64,000 nt of DNA from Eledone cirrhosa (Eukaryota): positions 132,804,001 to 132,868,000 of the forward strand of contig OZ024744.1 of the NCBI GenBank assembly GCA_964016885.1. Direction: 5' to 3'. Made by a program: the position numbers and the translations under genes. Below the pieces are notes generated by a model that saw only the letters and a list, made by a program, of their open reading frames with translations, had not been told where the DNA came from and ran no database searches. This document shows positions 42,250 through 55,334 of the stretch, in pieces. The stretch's first letter is position 1; each line of letters starts with the position of its first letter.

Positions 42250-44400
42250 TTAACCCCAACTTAACTTAACCCCAACTTAACCCCAACTTAACTTGACCCC
42301 AACTTAACTTAACCCCAACTTAACTCAACCCCAACTTAACTTAACCCCAACTTAACTCAGCCCCAACTTAACTCAGCCCCAACTTAACTTAGCCCCAACT
42401 TAACTCAACCCCAACTTAACTCAACCCCAATTTAACTCAACCCCAAGTTAACTCAACCCCAACTTAACTTAACCCCAACTTAACTGAACCCTAACTTAAC
42501 TTAACCCCGACTTAAATTAAGCCCAACTTAACTTAACCCCAACTTAACTCAGCCCCAACTTAACTTAGCCCTAACTTAACTTAACCCCAACTTAACTTAA
42601 CCCCAACTTAATTAACCCCAACTTAAATTAACCCCAACTTAACTTAATACCAACTTAACGTAACCCCATCTTAAATAAACCCCAACTTAAATTAACCCCA
42701 ACTTAACTTAACCCCAACTTAACTTAACCCCAACTTAACTCAGCCCCAACTTAACTTAGCCCCAACTTAACTTAACCCCAACTTAACTTAACCCCAACTT
42801 AACTTAACCCCAACTTAACTTATCCCCAACTTAACTTAACCCCAACTTAACTTAAACCCAACTTAACTTAACCCCAACTTAAACTATCCCCAACTTAACT
42901 TATCCCCAACTTAACTTAACCCCAACTTAACTTAACCCCAACTTAACTTAACCCCAACTTAATTTAACCCCAACTTAACTTAACCTCAACTTAACTTAAC
43001 CCCAACTTAACTTAACACCAACTTAACTTAACCCCAACTTAAATTAGCCCCAACTTAACTTAACCCCAACTTAAATTAACCCCAACTTAACTTAACCCCA
43101 ACTTAACTTAACCCCGACTTAAATTAACCCCAACTTAACTTAACCCCAACTTAACTTAACCCCAACTTAACTTAACCACAAATTAACTTAACCCCAACTT
43201 AACTTAACCCCAACTTAACTTAACCCCAACTTAACTTAACCCCAACTTAACTTAACCCCAACTTAACTTAAACCTAACTTAACTTAACCCCAACTTAACC
43301 CCAACTTAACTTGACCCCAACTTAACTTAACCCCAACTTAACTCAACCCCAACTTAACTTAACCCCAACTTCACTCAGCCCCAACTTAACTCAGCCCCAA
43401 CTTAACTTAGCCCCAACTTAACTTAACACCAACTTAACTTAACCCCAACTTAGCCCCAACTTAACTTAACCCCAATTTAACTCAACCCCAACTTAACTTA
43501 ACCCCAACTTAACTCAGCCCCAACTTAACTCAGCCCCAACTTAACTTAGCCCCAACTTAACTTAACACCAACTTAACTTAACCCCAACTTAACTTAACCC
43601 CAACTTAACTTAACCCCAACTTAACTTATCCCCAACTTAACTGAACCCCAACTTAACTTAACCCCAACTTAATATAACCCCAACTTAACTTAACCCCAAC
43701 TTAACTCAACCCCAACTTAACTTAACCCCAACTTAACTTAACCCCAACTTAATTAACCCCAACTTAAATTAACCCCAACTTAACTTAACACCAACTTAAC
43801 GTAACCCCAACTTAACTTAACCCCAACTTAACTTAAACCTAACTTATCTTAACCCCAACTTAACCCCAACTTAACTTGACCCCAACTTAACTTAACCCCA
43901 ACTTAACTCAACCCCAACTTAACTTAACCCCAACTTAACTCAGCCCCAACTTAACTCAGCCCCAACTTAACTTAGCCCCAACTTAACTTAACCCCAACTT
44001 AACTTAACCCCAACTTAACTTAACCCCAACTTAACTTATCCCCAACTTAACTGAACCCCAACTTAACTGAACCCCAACTTAAATTAACCCCAACTTAACT
44101 TAACCCCAACTTAACTTAACCCCAACTTAACTCAACACCAACTTAACTCAACCCCAACTTAACTCAACCCCAATTTAACTCAACCCCAACTTAACTCAAC
44201 CCCAACTTAACTTAACCCCAACTTAACTGAACCCTAACTTAACTTAACCCCGACTTAACTTAACCCCGACTTAACTTAACCCCAACTTAACTTAACCCCA
44301 ACTTAACTTAACCCCAACTTAACTTAACCCCAACTTAATTTAACCCCATCTTAACCCCAACTTAACTTAACCCCAACTTAACTGAACCCCAACTTAAATT
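42250..44400 (+). repeat. Further copy of the block at about 34960-37110 (2090 bp after the 40-42 kb copy)
   Basis: CCCCAAGTTA 40351/42441 and AACTTATCTT 41751/43841 are offset by +2090. Edges are approximate. Confidence 0.8.
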
Positions 44401-44462
44401 AGCCCCAACTTAACTTAACCCCAACTTAACTTAACCCCAACTTAACTTAACCCCAACTTAAC

Positions 44463-47400
44463 TTAACCCCAACTTAACTTAACCCCAATTTAACTTAAAC
44501 CCAACTTAACTTAACCCCAACTTAAATTATCCCCAACTTAACTTATCCCCAACTTAACTTAACCCCAACTTAACTTAACCCCAACTTAACTTAACCCCAA
44601 CTTAATTTAACCCCAACTTAACTTAACCTCAACTTAACTTAACCCCAACTTAACTTAACCCCATCTTAACTTAACCCCAACTTAACTTAACCCCAACTTA
44701 ACTTAACCCCAACTTAAATTAACCCCAACTTAACTTAACCCCAACTTAACTTAACCCCGACTTAACTTAACCCCAACTTAACTTAACCCCAACTTAACTT
44801 AACCCCAACTTAACCCCAACTTCACTTGACCCCAACTTAACTTAACCCCAACTTAACTCAACCCCAACTTAACTTAACCCCAACTTAACTCAGCCCCAAC
44901 TTAACTCAGCCCCAACTTAACTTAGCCCCAACTTAACTTAACACCAACTTAACTTAACCCCACCTTAACTTAACCCCAACTTAACTTAACCCCAACTTAA
45001 CTTATCCCCAACTTAACTGAACCCCAACTTAACTTAACCCCAACTTAATATAACCCCAACTTAACTTAACCCCAACTTAACTCAACCCCAACTTAAATTA
45101 ACCCCAACTTAACTTAACCCCAACTTAAGTTAACCCCAACTTAATTAACCCCAACTTAAATTAACCCCAACTTAACTTAACACCAACTTAACGTAACCCC
45201 AACTTAATTTAACCCCAACTTAAATTAACCCCAACTTAACTTGCCCCCAACTTAACTTACCCCCAACGTAACTTAACCCCAACTTAATTTAACCCCAACT
45301 TAATTTAACCCCAACTTAACTTAACCCCAAATTAACTCAACCCCAACTTAACTCAACCCCAACTTAACTTAACCCCAACTTAACTTAACCCCAACTTAAC
45401 TTAACCACAAATTAACTTAGCCCCAACTTAAATTAACCCCAACTTAACTCAACCACAACTTAACTTAACCCCGACCTAACTTAACCCCAACTTAACTTAA
45501 CCCCAACTTAACTTAACCCCAACTTCACTCAACCTCAACTTAACTCAACCCCAACTTAACCCCAACTTAACTTAACCCCAACTTAAATTAACCACAAAGT
45601 TAACTTAACCCCAATTTAAATTAACCCCAACTTAACTTAACCCCAACTTAACATAACCACCACTTAATTAACCCCAACTTAACTCAACCCCAACTTAACT
45701 TAACCCCGACTTAACTTAAACCTAACTTAACTTAACCCCAACTTAACCCCAACTTAACTTGACCCCAACTTAACTTGACCCCAACTTAACTTAACCTCAA
45801 CTTAACTTAACCCCAACTTAACCTAACCCCATCTTAACTTAACCCCAACTTAACTTAACCCCAACTTAACTTAACCCCAACTTAAATTAACCCCAACTTA
45901 ACTTAACCCCAACTTAACTTAACCCCGACTTAACTTAACCCCAACTTAACTTAACCCCAACTTAACTTAACCCCAACTTAACTTAACCACAAATTAACTT
46001 AACCCCAACTTAACTTAACCCCAACTTAACTTAACCCCAACTTAACTTAACCCCAACTTAACTTAACCCCAACTTAACTGAAACCTAACCTAACTTAACC
46101 CCAACTTAACCCCAATTTAACTTGACCCCAACTTAACTTAACCCCAACTTAACTCAACCCCAACTTAACTTAACCCCAACTTAACTCAGCCCCAACTTAA
46201 CTCAGCCCCAACTTAACTTAGCCACAACTTAACTTAACACCAACTTAACTTAACCCCAACTTAACTTAACCCCAACTTAACTTAACCCCAACTTAACTTA
46301 TCCCCAACTTAACGGAACCCCAACTTAACTTAACCCCAACTTAATATAACCCCAACTTAACTTAACCCCAACTTAACTCAACCCCAACTTAAATTAACCC
46401 CAACTTAACTTATCCCCAACTTAACTTAACCCCAACTTAATTAACCCCAACTTAAATTAACCCCAACTTAACTTAACACCAACTTAACGTAACCCCAATT
46501 TAACTTAACCCCAACTTAACTTAAACCTAACTTAACTTAACCCCAACTTAACCCCAACTTAACTTGACCCCAACTTAACTTAACCCCAACTTAACTCAAC
46601 CCTAACTTAACTTAACCCCAACTTAACTCAGCCCCAACTTAACTCAGCCCCAACTTAACTTAGCCCCAACTTAACTTAACACCAACTTAACTTAACCCCA
46701 ACTTAACTTATCCCCAACTTAACTGAACCCCAACTTAACTGAACCCCAACTTAAATTAACCCCAACTTAACTTAACCCCAACTTAACTTAACCCCAACTT
46801 AACTCAACACCAACTTAACTCAACCCCAACTTAACTCAACCCCAATTTAACTCAACCCCAACTTAACTCAACCCCAACTTAACTTAACCCCAACTTAACT
46901 GAACCCTAACTTAACTTAACCCCGACTTAACTTAACCCCGACTTAACTTAACCCCAACTTAACTTAACCCCAACTTAACTTAACCCCAACTTAACTTAAC
47001 CCCAACTTAATTTAACCCCATCTTAACCCCAACTTAACTTAACCCCAACTTAACTGAACCCCAACTTAACTTAACCCCAACTTAAATAAACCCCAACTTA
47101 ACTTAACCCCAACTTAACTTAACCCCAACTTAACTTAACCCCAACTTAACTCAGCCCCAACTTAACTTAGCCCCAACTTAACTTAACCCCAACTTAACTT
47201 AACCCCAACTTCACTTAACCCCAACTTAACTTAACCCCAACTTAACTTAACCCCAACTTAATTTAACCCCAACTTAACTTAACCTCAACTTAACTTAACC
47301 CCAACTTAACTTAACCCCATCTTAACTTAACCCCAACTTAACTTAACCCCAACTTAACTTAACCCCAACTTAAATTAACCCCAACTTAACTTAACCCCAA

Positions 47401-50400
47401 CTTAACTTAACCCCGACTTAACTTAACCCCAACTTAACTTAACCCCAACTTAACTTAACCCCAACTTAACCCCAACTTAACTTGACCCCAACTTAACTTA
47501 ACCCCAACTTAACTCAACCCCAACTTAACTTAACCCCAACTTAACTCAGCCCCAACTTAACTCAGCCCCAACTTAACTTAGCCCCAACTTAACTTAACAC
47601 CAACTTAACTTAACGCCACCTTAACTTAACCCCAACTTAACTTAACCCCAACTTAACTTATCCCCAACTTAACTGAACCCCAACTTAACTTAACCCCAAC
47701 TTAATATAACCCCAACTTAACTTAACCCCAACTTAACTCAACCCCAACTTAAATTAACCCCAACTTAACTTAACCCCAATTTAACTTAAACCCAACTTAA
47801 CTTAACCCCAACTTAAATTATCCCCAACTTAACTTATCCCCAACTTAACTTAACCCCAACTTAACTTAACCCCAACTTAACTTAACCCCAACTTAATTTA
47901 ACCCCAACTTAACTTAACCTCAACTTAACTTAACCCCAACTTAACTTAACCCCATCTTAACTTAACCCCAACTTAACTTAACCCCAACTTAACTTAACCC
48001 CAACTTAAATTAACCCCAACTTAACTTAACCCCAACTTAACTTAACCCCGACTTAACTTAACCCCAACTTAACTTAACCCCAACTTAACTTAACCCCAAC
48101 TTAACCCCAACTTCACTTGACCCCAACTTAACTTAACCCCAACTTAACTCAACCCCAACTTAACTTAACCCCAACTTAACTCAGCCCCAACTTAACTCAG
48201 CCCCAACTTAACTTAGCCCCAACTTAACTTAACACCAACTTAACTTAACCCCACCTTAACTTAACCCCAACTTAACTTAACCCCAACTTAACTTATCCCC
48301 AACTTAACTGAACCCCAACTTAACTTAACCCCAACTTAATATAACCCCAACTTAACTTAACCCCAACTTAACTCAACCCCAACTTAAATTAACCCCAACT
48401 TAACTTAACCCCAACTTAAGTTAACCCCAACTTAATTAACCCCAACTTAAATTAACCCCAACTTAACTTAACACCAACTTAACGTAACCCCAACTTAATT
48501 TAACCCCAACTTAAATTAACCCCAACTTAACTTGCCCCCAACTTAACTTACCCCCAACGTAACTTAACCCCAACTTAATTTAACCCCAACTTAATTTAAC
48601 CCCAACTTAACTTAACCCCAAATTAACTCAACCCCAACTTAACTCAACCCCAACTTAACTTAACCCCAACTTAACTTAACCCCAACTTAACTTAACCACA
48701 AATTAACTTAGCCCCAACTTAAATTAACCCCAACTTAACTCAACCACAACTTAACTTAACCCCGACCTAACTTAACCCCAACTTAACTTAACCCCAACTT
48801 AACTTAACCCCAACTTCACTCAACCTCAACTTAACTCAACCCCAACTTAACCCCAACTTAACTTAACCCCAACTTAAATTAACCACAAAGTTAACTTAAC
48901 CCCAATTTAAATTAACCCCAACTTAACTTAACCCCAACTTAACATAACCACCACTTAATTAACCCCAACTTAACTCAACCCCAACTTAACTTAACCCCGA
49001 CTTAACTTAAACCTAACTTAACTTAACCCCAACTTAACCCCAACTTAACTTGACCCCAACTTAACTTGACCCCAACTTAACTTAACCTCAACTTAACTTA
49101 ACCCCAACTTAACCTAACCCCATCTTAACTTAACCCCAACTTAACTTAACCCCAACTTAACTTAACCCCAACTTAAATTAACCCCAACTTAACTTAACCC
49201 CAACTTAACTTAACCCCGACTTAACTTAACCCCAACTTAACTTAACCCCAACTTAACTTAACCCCAACTTAACTTAACCACAAATTAACTTAACCCCAAC
49301 TTAACTTAACCCCAACTTAACTTAACCCCAACTTAACTTAACCCCAACTTAACTTAACCCCAACTTAACTGAAACCTAACCTAACTTAACCCCAACTTAA
49401 CCCCAATTTAACTTGACCCCAACTTAACTTAACCCCAACTTAACTCAACCCCAACTTAACTTAACCCCAACTTAACTCAGCCCCAACTTAACTCAGCCCC
49501 AACTTAACTTAGCCACAACTTAACTTAACACCAACTTAACTTAACCCCAACTTAACTTAACCCCAACTTAACTTAACCCCAACTTAACTTATCCCCAACT
49601 TAACGGAACCCCAACTTAACTTAACCCCAACTTAATATAACCCCAACTTAACTTAACCCCAACTTAACTCAACCCCAACTTAAATTAACCCCAACTTAAC
49701 TTATCCCCAACTTAACTTAACCCCAACTTAATTAACCCCAACTTAAATTAACCCCAACTTAACTTAACACCAACTTAACGTAACCCCAATTTAACTTAAC
49801 CCCAACTTAACTTAAACCTAACTTAACTTAACCCCAACTTAACCCCAACTTAACTTGACCCCAACTTAACTTAACCCCAACTTAACTCAACCCTAACTTA
49901 ACTTAACCCCAACTTAACTCAGCCCCAACTTAACTCAGCCCCAACTTAACTTAGCCCCAACTTAACTTAACACCAACTTAACTTAACCCCAACTTAACTT
50001 ATCCCCAACTTAACTGAACCCCAACTTAACTGAACCCCAACTTAAATTAACCCCAACTTAACTTAACCCCAACTTAACTTAACCCCAACTTAACTCAACA
50101 CCAACTTAACTCAACCCCAACTTAACTCAACCCCAATTTAACTCAACCCCAACTTAACTCAACCCCAACTTAACTTAACCCCAACTTAACTGAACCCTAA
50201 CTTAACTTAACCCCGACTTAACTTAACCCCGACTTAACTTAACCCCAACTTAACTTAACCCCAACTTAACTTAACCCCAACTTAACTTAACCCCAACTTA
50301 ATTTAACCCCATCTTAACCCCAACTTAACTTAACCCCAACTTAACTGAACCCCAACTTAACTTAACCCCAACTTAAATAAACCCCAACTTAACTTAACCC

Positions 50401-51070
50401 CAACTTAACTTAACCCCAACTTAACTTAACCCCAACTTAACTCAGCCCCAACTTAACTTAGCCCCAACTTAACTTAACCCCAACTTAACTTAACCCCAAC
50501 TTCACTTAACCCCAACTTAACTTAACCCCAACTTAACTTAACCCCAACTTAATTTAACCCCAACTTAACTTAACCTCAACTTAACTTAACCCCAACTTAA
50601 CTTAACCCCATCTTAACTTAACCCCAACTTAACTTAACCCCAACTTAACTTAACCCCAACTTAAATTAACCCCAACTTAACTTAACCCCAACTTAACTTA
50701 ACCCCGACTTAACTTAACCCCAACTTAACTTAACCCCAACTTAACTTAACCCCAACTTAACCCCAACTTAACTTGACCCCAACTTAACTTAACCCCAACT
50801 TAACTCAACCCCAACTTAACTTAACCCCAACTTAACTCAGCCCCAACTTAACTCAGCCCCAACTTAACTTAGCCCCAACTTAACTTAACACCAACTTAAC
50901 TTAACGCCACCTTAACTTAACCCCAACTTAACTTAACCCCAACTTAACTTATCCCCAACTTAACTGAACCCCAACTTAACTTAACCCCAACTTAATATAA
51001 CCCCAACTTAACTTAACCCCAACTTAACTCAACCCCAACTTAAATTAACCCCAACTTAACTTAACCCCAA
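44463..51070 (+). repeat. Near-identical tandem duplication, period 3291 bp
   Basis: Private markers recur at +3291: TTCACTTGAC 44821/48112, AACGGAACCC 46311/49602 and TAACGCCACC 47611/50902. The junction overlap is about 47754-47779. Confidence 0.93.
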
Positions 51071-52970
51071 CTTAACTTAACCCCAACTTAATTAACCCCA
51101 ACTTAAATTAACCCCAACTTAACTTAACACCAACTTAACGTAACCCCAACTTAATTTAACCCCAACTTAAATTAACCCCAACTTAACTTGCCCCCAACTT
51201 AACTTACCCCCAACGTAACTTAACCCCAACTTAATTTAACCCCAACTTAATTTAACCCCAACTTAACTTAACCCCAACTTAATTAACCCCAACTTAAATT
51301 AACCCCAACTTAACTTAATACCAACTTAACGTAACCCCATCTTAAATAAACCCCAACTTAAATTAACCCCAACTTAACTTAACCCCAACTTAACTTAACC
51401 CCAACTTAACTCAGCCCCAACTTAACTTAGCCCCAACTTAACTTAACCCCAACTTAACTTAACCCCAACTTAACTTAACCCCAACTTAACTTATCCCCAA
51501 CTTAACTTAACCCCAACTTAACTTAAACCCAACTTAACTTAACCCCAACTTAAACTATCCCCAACTTAACTTATCCCCAACTTAACTTAACCCCAACTTA
51601 ACTTAACCCCAACTTAACTTAACCCCAACTTAATTTAACCCCAACTTAACTTAACCTCAACTTAACTTAACCCCAACTTAACTTAACCCCAACTTAACTT
51701 AACCCCAACTTAAATTAGCCCCAACTTAACTTAACCCCAACTTAAATTAACCCCAACTTAACTTAACCCCAACTTAACTTAACCCCGACTTAAATTAACC
51801 CCAACTTAACTTAACCCCAACTTAACTTAACCCCAACTTAACTTAACCACAAATTAACTTAACCCCAACTTAACTTAACCCCAACTTAACTTAACCCCAA
51901 CTTAACTTAACCCCAACTTAACTTAACCCCAACTTAACTTAAACCTAACTTAACTTAACCCCAACTTAACCCCAACTTAACTTGACCCCAACTTAACTTA
52001 ACCCCAACTTAACTCAACCCCAACTTAACTTAACCCCAACTTCACTCAGCCCCAACTTAACTCAGCCCCAACTTAACTTAGCCCCAACTTAACTTAACAC
52101 CAACTTAACTTAACCCCAACTTAACCCCAACTTAACTTAACCCCAATTTAACTCAACCCCAACTTAACTTAACCCCAACTTAACTCAGCCCCAACTTAAC
52201 TCAGCCCCAACTTAACTTAGCCCCAACTTAACTTAACACCAACTTAACTTAACCCCAACTTAACTTAACCCCAACTTAACTTAACCCCAACTTAACTTAT
52301 CCCCAACTTAACTGAACCCCAACTTAACTTAACCCCAACTTAATATAACCCCAACTTAACTTAACCCCAACTTAACTCAACCCCAACTTAACTTAACCCC
52401 AACTTAACTTAACCCCAACTTAATTAACCCCAACTTAAATTAACCCCAACTTAACTTAACACCAACTTAACGTAACCCCAACTTAACTTAACCCCAACTT
52501 AACTTAAACCTAACTTAACTTAACCCCAACTTAACCCCAACTTAACTTGACCCCAACTTAACTTAACCCCAACTTAACTCAACCCCAACTTAACTTAACC
52601 CCAACTTAACTCAGCCCCAACTTAACTCAGCCCCAACTTAACTTAGCCCCAACTTAACTTAACCCCAACTTAACTTAACCCCAACTTAACTTAACCCCAA
52701 CTTAACTTATCCCCAACTTAACTGAACCCCAACTTAACTCAACACCAACTTAACTCAACCCCAACTTAACTCAACCCCAATTTAACTCAACCCCAACTTA
52801 ACTCAACCCCAACTTAACTTAACCCCAACTTAACTGAACCCTAACTTAACTTAACCCCGACTTAACTTAACCCCGACTTAACTTAACCCCAACTTAACTT
52901 AACCCCAACTTAACTTAACCCCAACTTAACTTAACCCCAACTTAATTTAACCCCATCTTAACCCCAACTT

Positions 52971-53064
52971 AACTTAACCCCAACTTAACTGAACCCCAAC
53001 TTAAATTAACCCCAACTTAAATAAACCCCAACTTAACTTAACCCCAACTTAACTTAACCCCAAC
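52971..53064 (+). repeat. Left copy of the 94-bp direct repeat flanking the large inverted block
   Basis: Identical by eye to 55241-55334, with the same ordered variants AACTG, AAATT and AAATA. Confidence 0.8.
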
Positions 53065-53196
53065 GTAACTCAACCCCAACTTAACTTAACCCCAACTTCA
53101 CTCAACCCCAACTTAACTTAACCCCAACTTCACTCAACCACAACTTCCAACTTGACTTAACCCCAACTTAACTTAGCCCCAACTTAACTTAAGCCC
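53056..53196 (+). repeat. Eighth island copy, re-inverted (now C-rich on +) and truncated to 141 bp
   Basis: It contains CCACAACTTCCAACTTGACTT, CAACGTAACTC and AAGCCC|TAAGTCGGGG, which are exact reverse complements of the island markers. The last two island monomers (32 bp) are missing. Confidence 0.93.
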
Positions 53197-55240
53197 TAAG
53201 TCGGGGTTAAGTTAAGTTGGCGTTAAGTTAAGTTAGGCTTAACTTAAGTTGGGGTTCAGTTAAGTTGGGGGGTAAGTTAAGTTGGGGGTAAGTTAAGTTG
53301 GGGTTAAGTTAAGTTGCGGTTAAGTTGGGGTTAAGTTAAGTTAGGGTTAAGTTAAGTTGGGGTTGAGTTAAGTTGGGGTTAATTAAGTGGTGGTTATGTT
53401 AAGTTGGGGTTAAGTTAAGTTGGGGTTAATTTAAATTGGGGTTAAGTTAACTTTGTGGTTAATTTAAGTTGGGGTTAAGTTAAGTTGGGGTTAAGTTGGG
53501 GTTGAGTTAAGTTGGGGTTGAGTGAAGTTGGGGTTAAGTTAAGTTGGGGTTAAGTTAAGTTGGGGTTAAGTTAGGTCGGGGTTAAGTTAAGTTGTGGTTG
53601 AGTTAAGTTGGGGTTAATTTAAGTTGGGGCTAAGTTAATTTGTGGTTAAGTTAAGTTGGGGTTAAGTTAAGTTGGGGTTAAGTTAAGTTGGGGTTGAGTT
53701 AAGTTGGGGTTGAGTTAATTTGGGGTTAAGTTAAGTTGGGGTTAAATTAAGTTGGGGTTAAATTAAGTTGGGGTTAAGTTACGTTGGGGGTAAGTTAAGT
53801 TGGGGGCAAGTTAAGTTGGGGTTAATTTAAGTTGGGGTTAAATTAAGTTGGGGTTACGTTAAGTTGGTGTTAAGTTAAGTTGGGGTTAATTTAAGTTGGG
53901 GTTAATTAAGTTGGGGTTAAGTTAAGTTGGGGTTAAGTTAAGTTGGGGTTAATTTAAGTTGGGGTTATATTAAGTTGGGGTTCAGTTAAGTTGGGGATAA
54001 GTTAAGTTGGGGTTAAGTTAAGTTGGGGTTAAGTTAAGGTGGGGTTAAGTTAAGTTGGTGTTAAGTTAAGTTGGGGCTAAGTTAAGTTGGGGCTGAGTTA
54101 AGTTGGGGCTGAGTTAAGTTGGGGTTAAGTTAAGTTGGGGTTGAGTTAAGTTGGGGTTAAGTTAAGTTGGGGTCAAGTTAAGTTGGGGTTAAGTTGGGGT
54201 TAAGTTAAGTTGGGGTTAAGTTAAGTTGGGGTTAAGTTAAGTCGGGGTTAAGTTAAGTTGGGGTTAAGTTAAGTTGGGGTTAATTTAAGTTGGGGTTAAG
54301 TTAAGTTGGGGTTAAGTTAAGTTGGGGTTAAGTTAAGATGGGGTTAAGTTAAGTTGGGGTTAAGTTAAGTTGAGGTTAAGTTAAGTTGGGGTTAAATTAA
54401 GTTGGGGTTAAGTTAAGTTGGGGTTAAGTTAAGTTGGGGTTAAGTTAAGTTGGGGATAAGTTAAGTTGGGGATAATTTAAGTTGGGGTTAAGTTAAGTTG
54501 GGTTTAAGTTAAGTTGGGGTTAAGTTAAGTTGGGGTTAAGTTAAGTTGGGGTTGAGTTAAGTTGGGGTTAATTAAGTGGTGGTTATGTTAAGTTGGGGTT
54601 AAGTTAAGTTGGGGTTAATTTAAATTGGGGTTAAGTTAACTTTGTGGTTAATTTAAGTTGGGGTTAAGTTAAGTTGGGGTTAAGTTGGGGTTGAGTTAAG
54701 TTGAGGTTGAGTGAAGTTGGGGTTAAGTTAAGTTGGGGTTAAGTTAAGTTGGGGTTAAGTTAGGTCGGGGTTAAGTTAAGTTGTGGTTGAGTTAAGTTGG
54801 GGTTAATTTAAGTTGGGGCTAAGTTAATTTGTGGTTAAGTTAAGTTGGGGTTAAGTTAAGTTGGGGTTAAGTTAAGTTGGGGTTGAGTTAAGTTGGGGTT
54901 GAGTTAATTTGGGGTTAAGTTAAGTTGGGGTTAAATTAAGTTGGGGTTAAATTAAGTTGGGGTTAAGTTACGTTGGGGGTAAGTTAAGTTGGGGGCAAGT
55001 TAAGTTGGGGTTAATTTAAGTTGGGGTTAAATTAAGTTGGGGTTACGTTAAGTTGGTGTTAAGTTAAGTTGGGGTTAATTCAAGTTGGGGTTAATTAAGT
55101 TGGGGTTAACTTAAGTTGGGGTTAAGTTAAGTTGGGGTTAATTTAAGTTGGGGTTGATTTAAGTTGGGGTTAAGTTAAGTTGGGGTTATATTAAGTTGGG
55201 GTTAAGTTAAGTTGGGGTTCAGTTAAGTTGGGGATAAGTT
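53197..55240 (-). repeat. 2044-bp inverted (G-rich on +) satellite block
   Basis: Continuous TTAAGTTAAGTTGGGG repeats run from TAAGTCGGGG (53197) to the palindromic junction GATAAGTT|AACTTAAC (55240/55241). Confidence 0.98.
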
Positions 55241-55334
55241 AACTTAACCCCAACTTAACTGAACCCCAACTTAAATTAACCCCAACTTAAATAAACCCCA
55301 ACTTAACTTAACCCCAACTTAACTTAACCCCAAC
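55241..55334 (+). repeat. Right copy of the 94-bp direct repeat flanking the large inverted block
   Basis: Matches 52971-53064 at offset 2270 and begins exactly at the strand-switch point. Confidence 0.8.

Noticed and set aside
53197-55240. Inversions as fold-back chimeric-read artefacts
   Set aside because: The inverted tracts do not mirror their immediately adjacent variants, the small island recurs with identical junctions and lineage-specific SNPs, and the large block differs from its partner at several sites. Read-level confirmation is still advisable.
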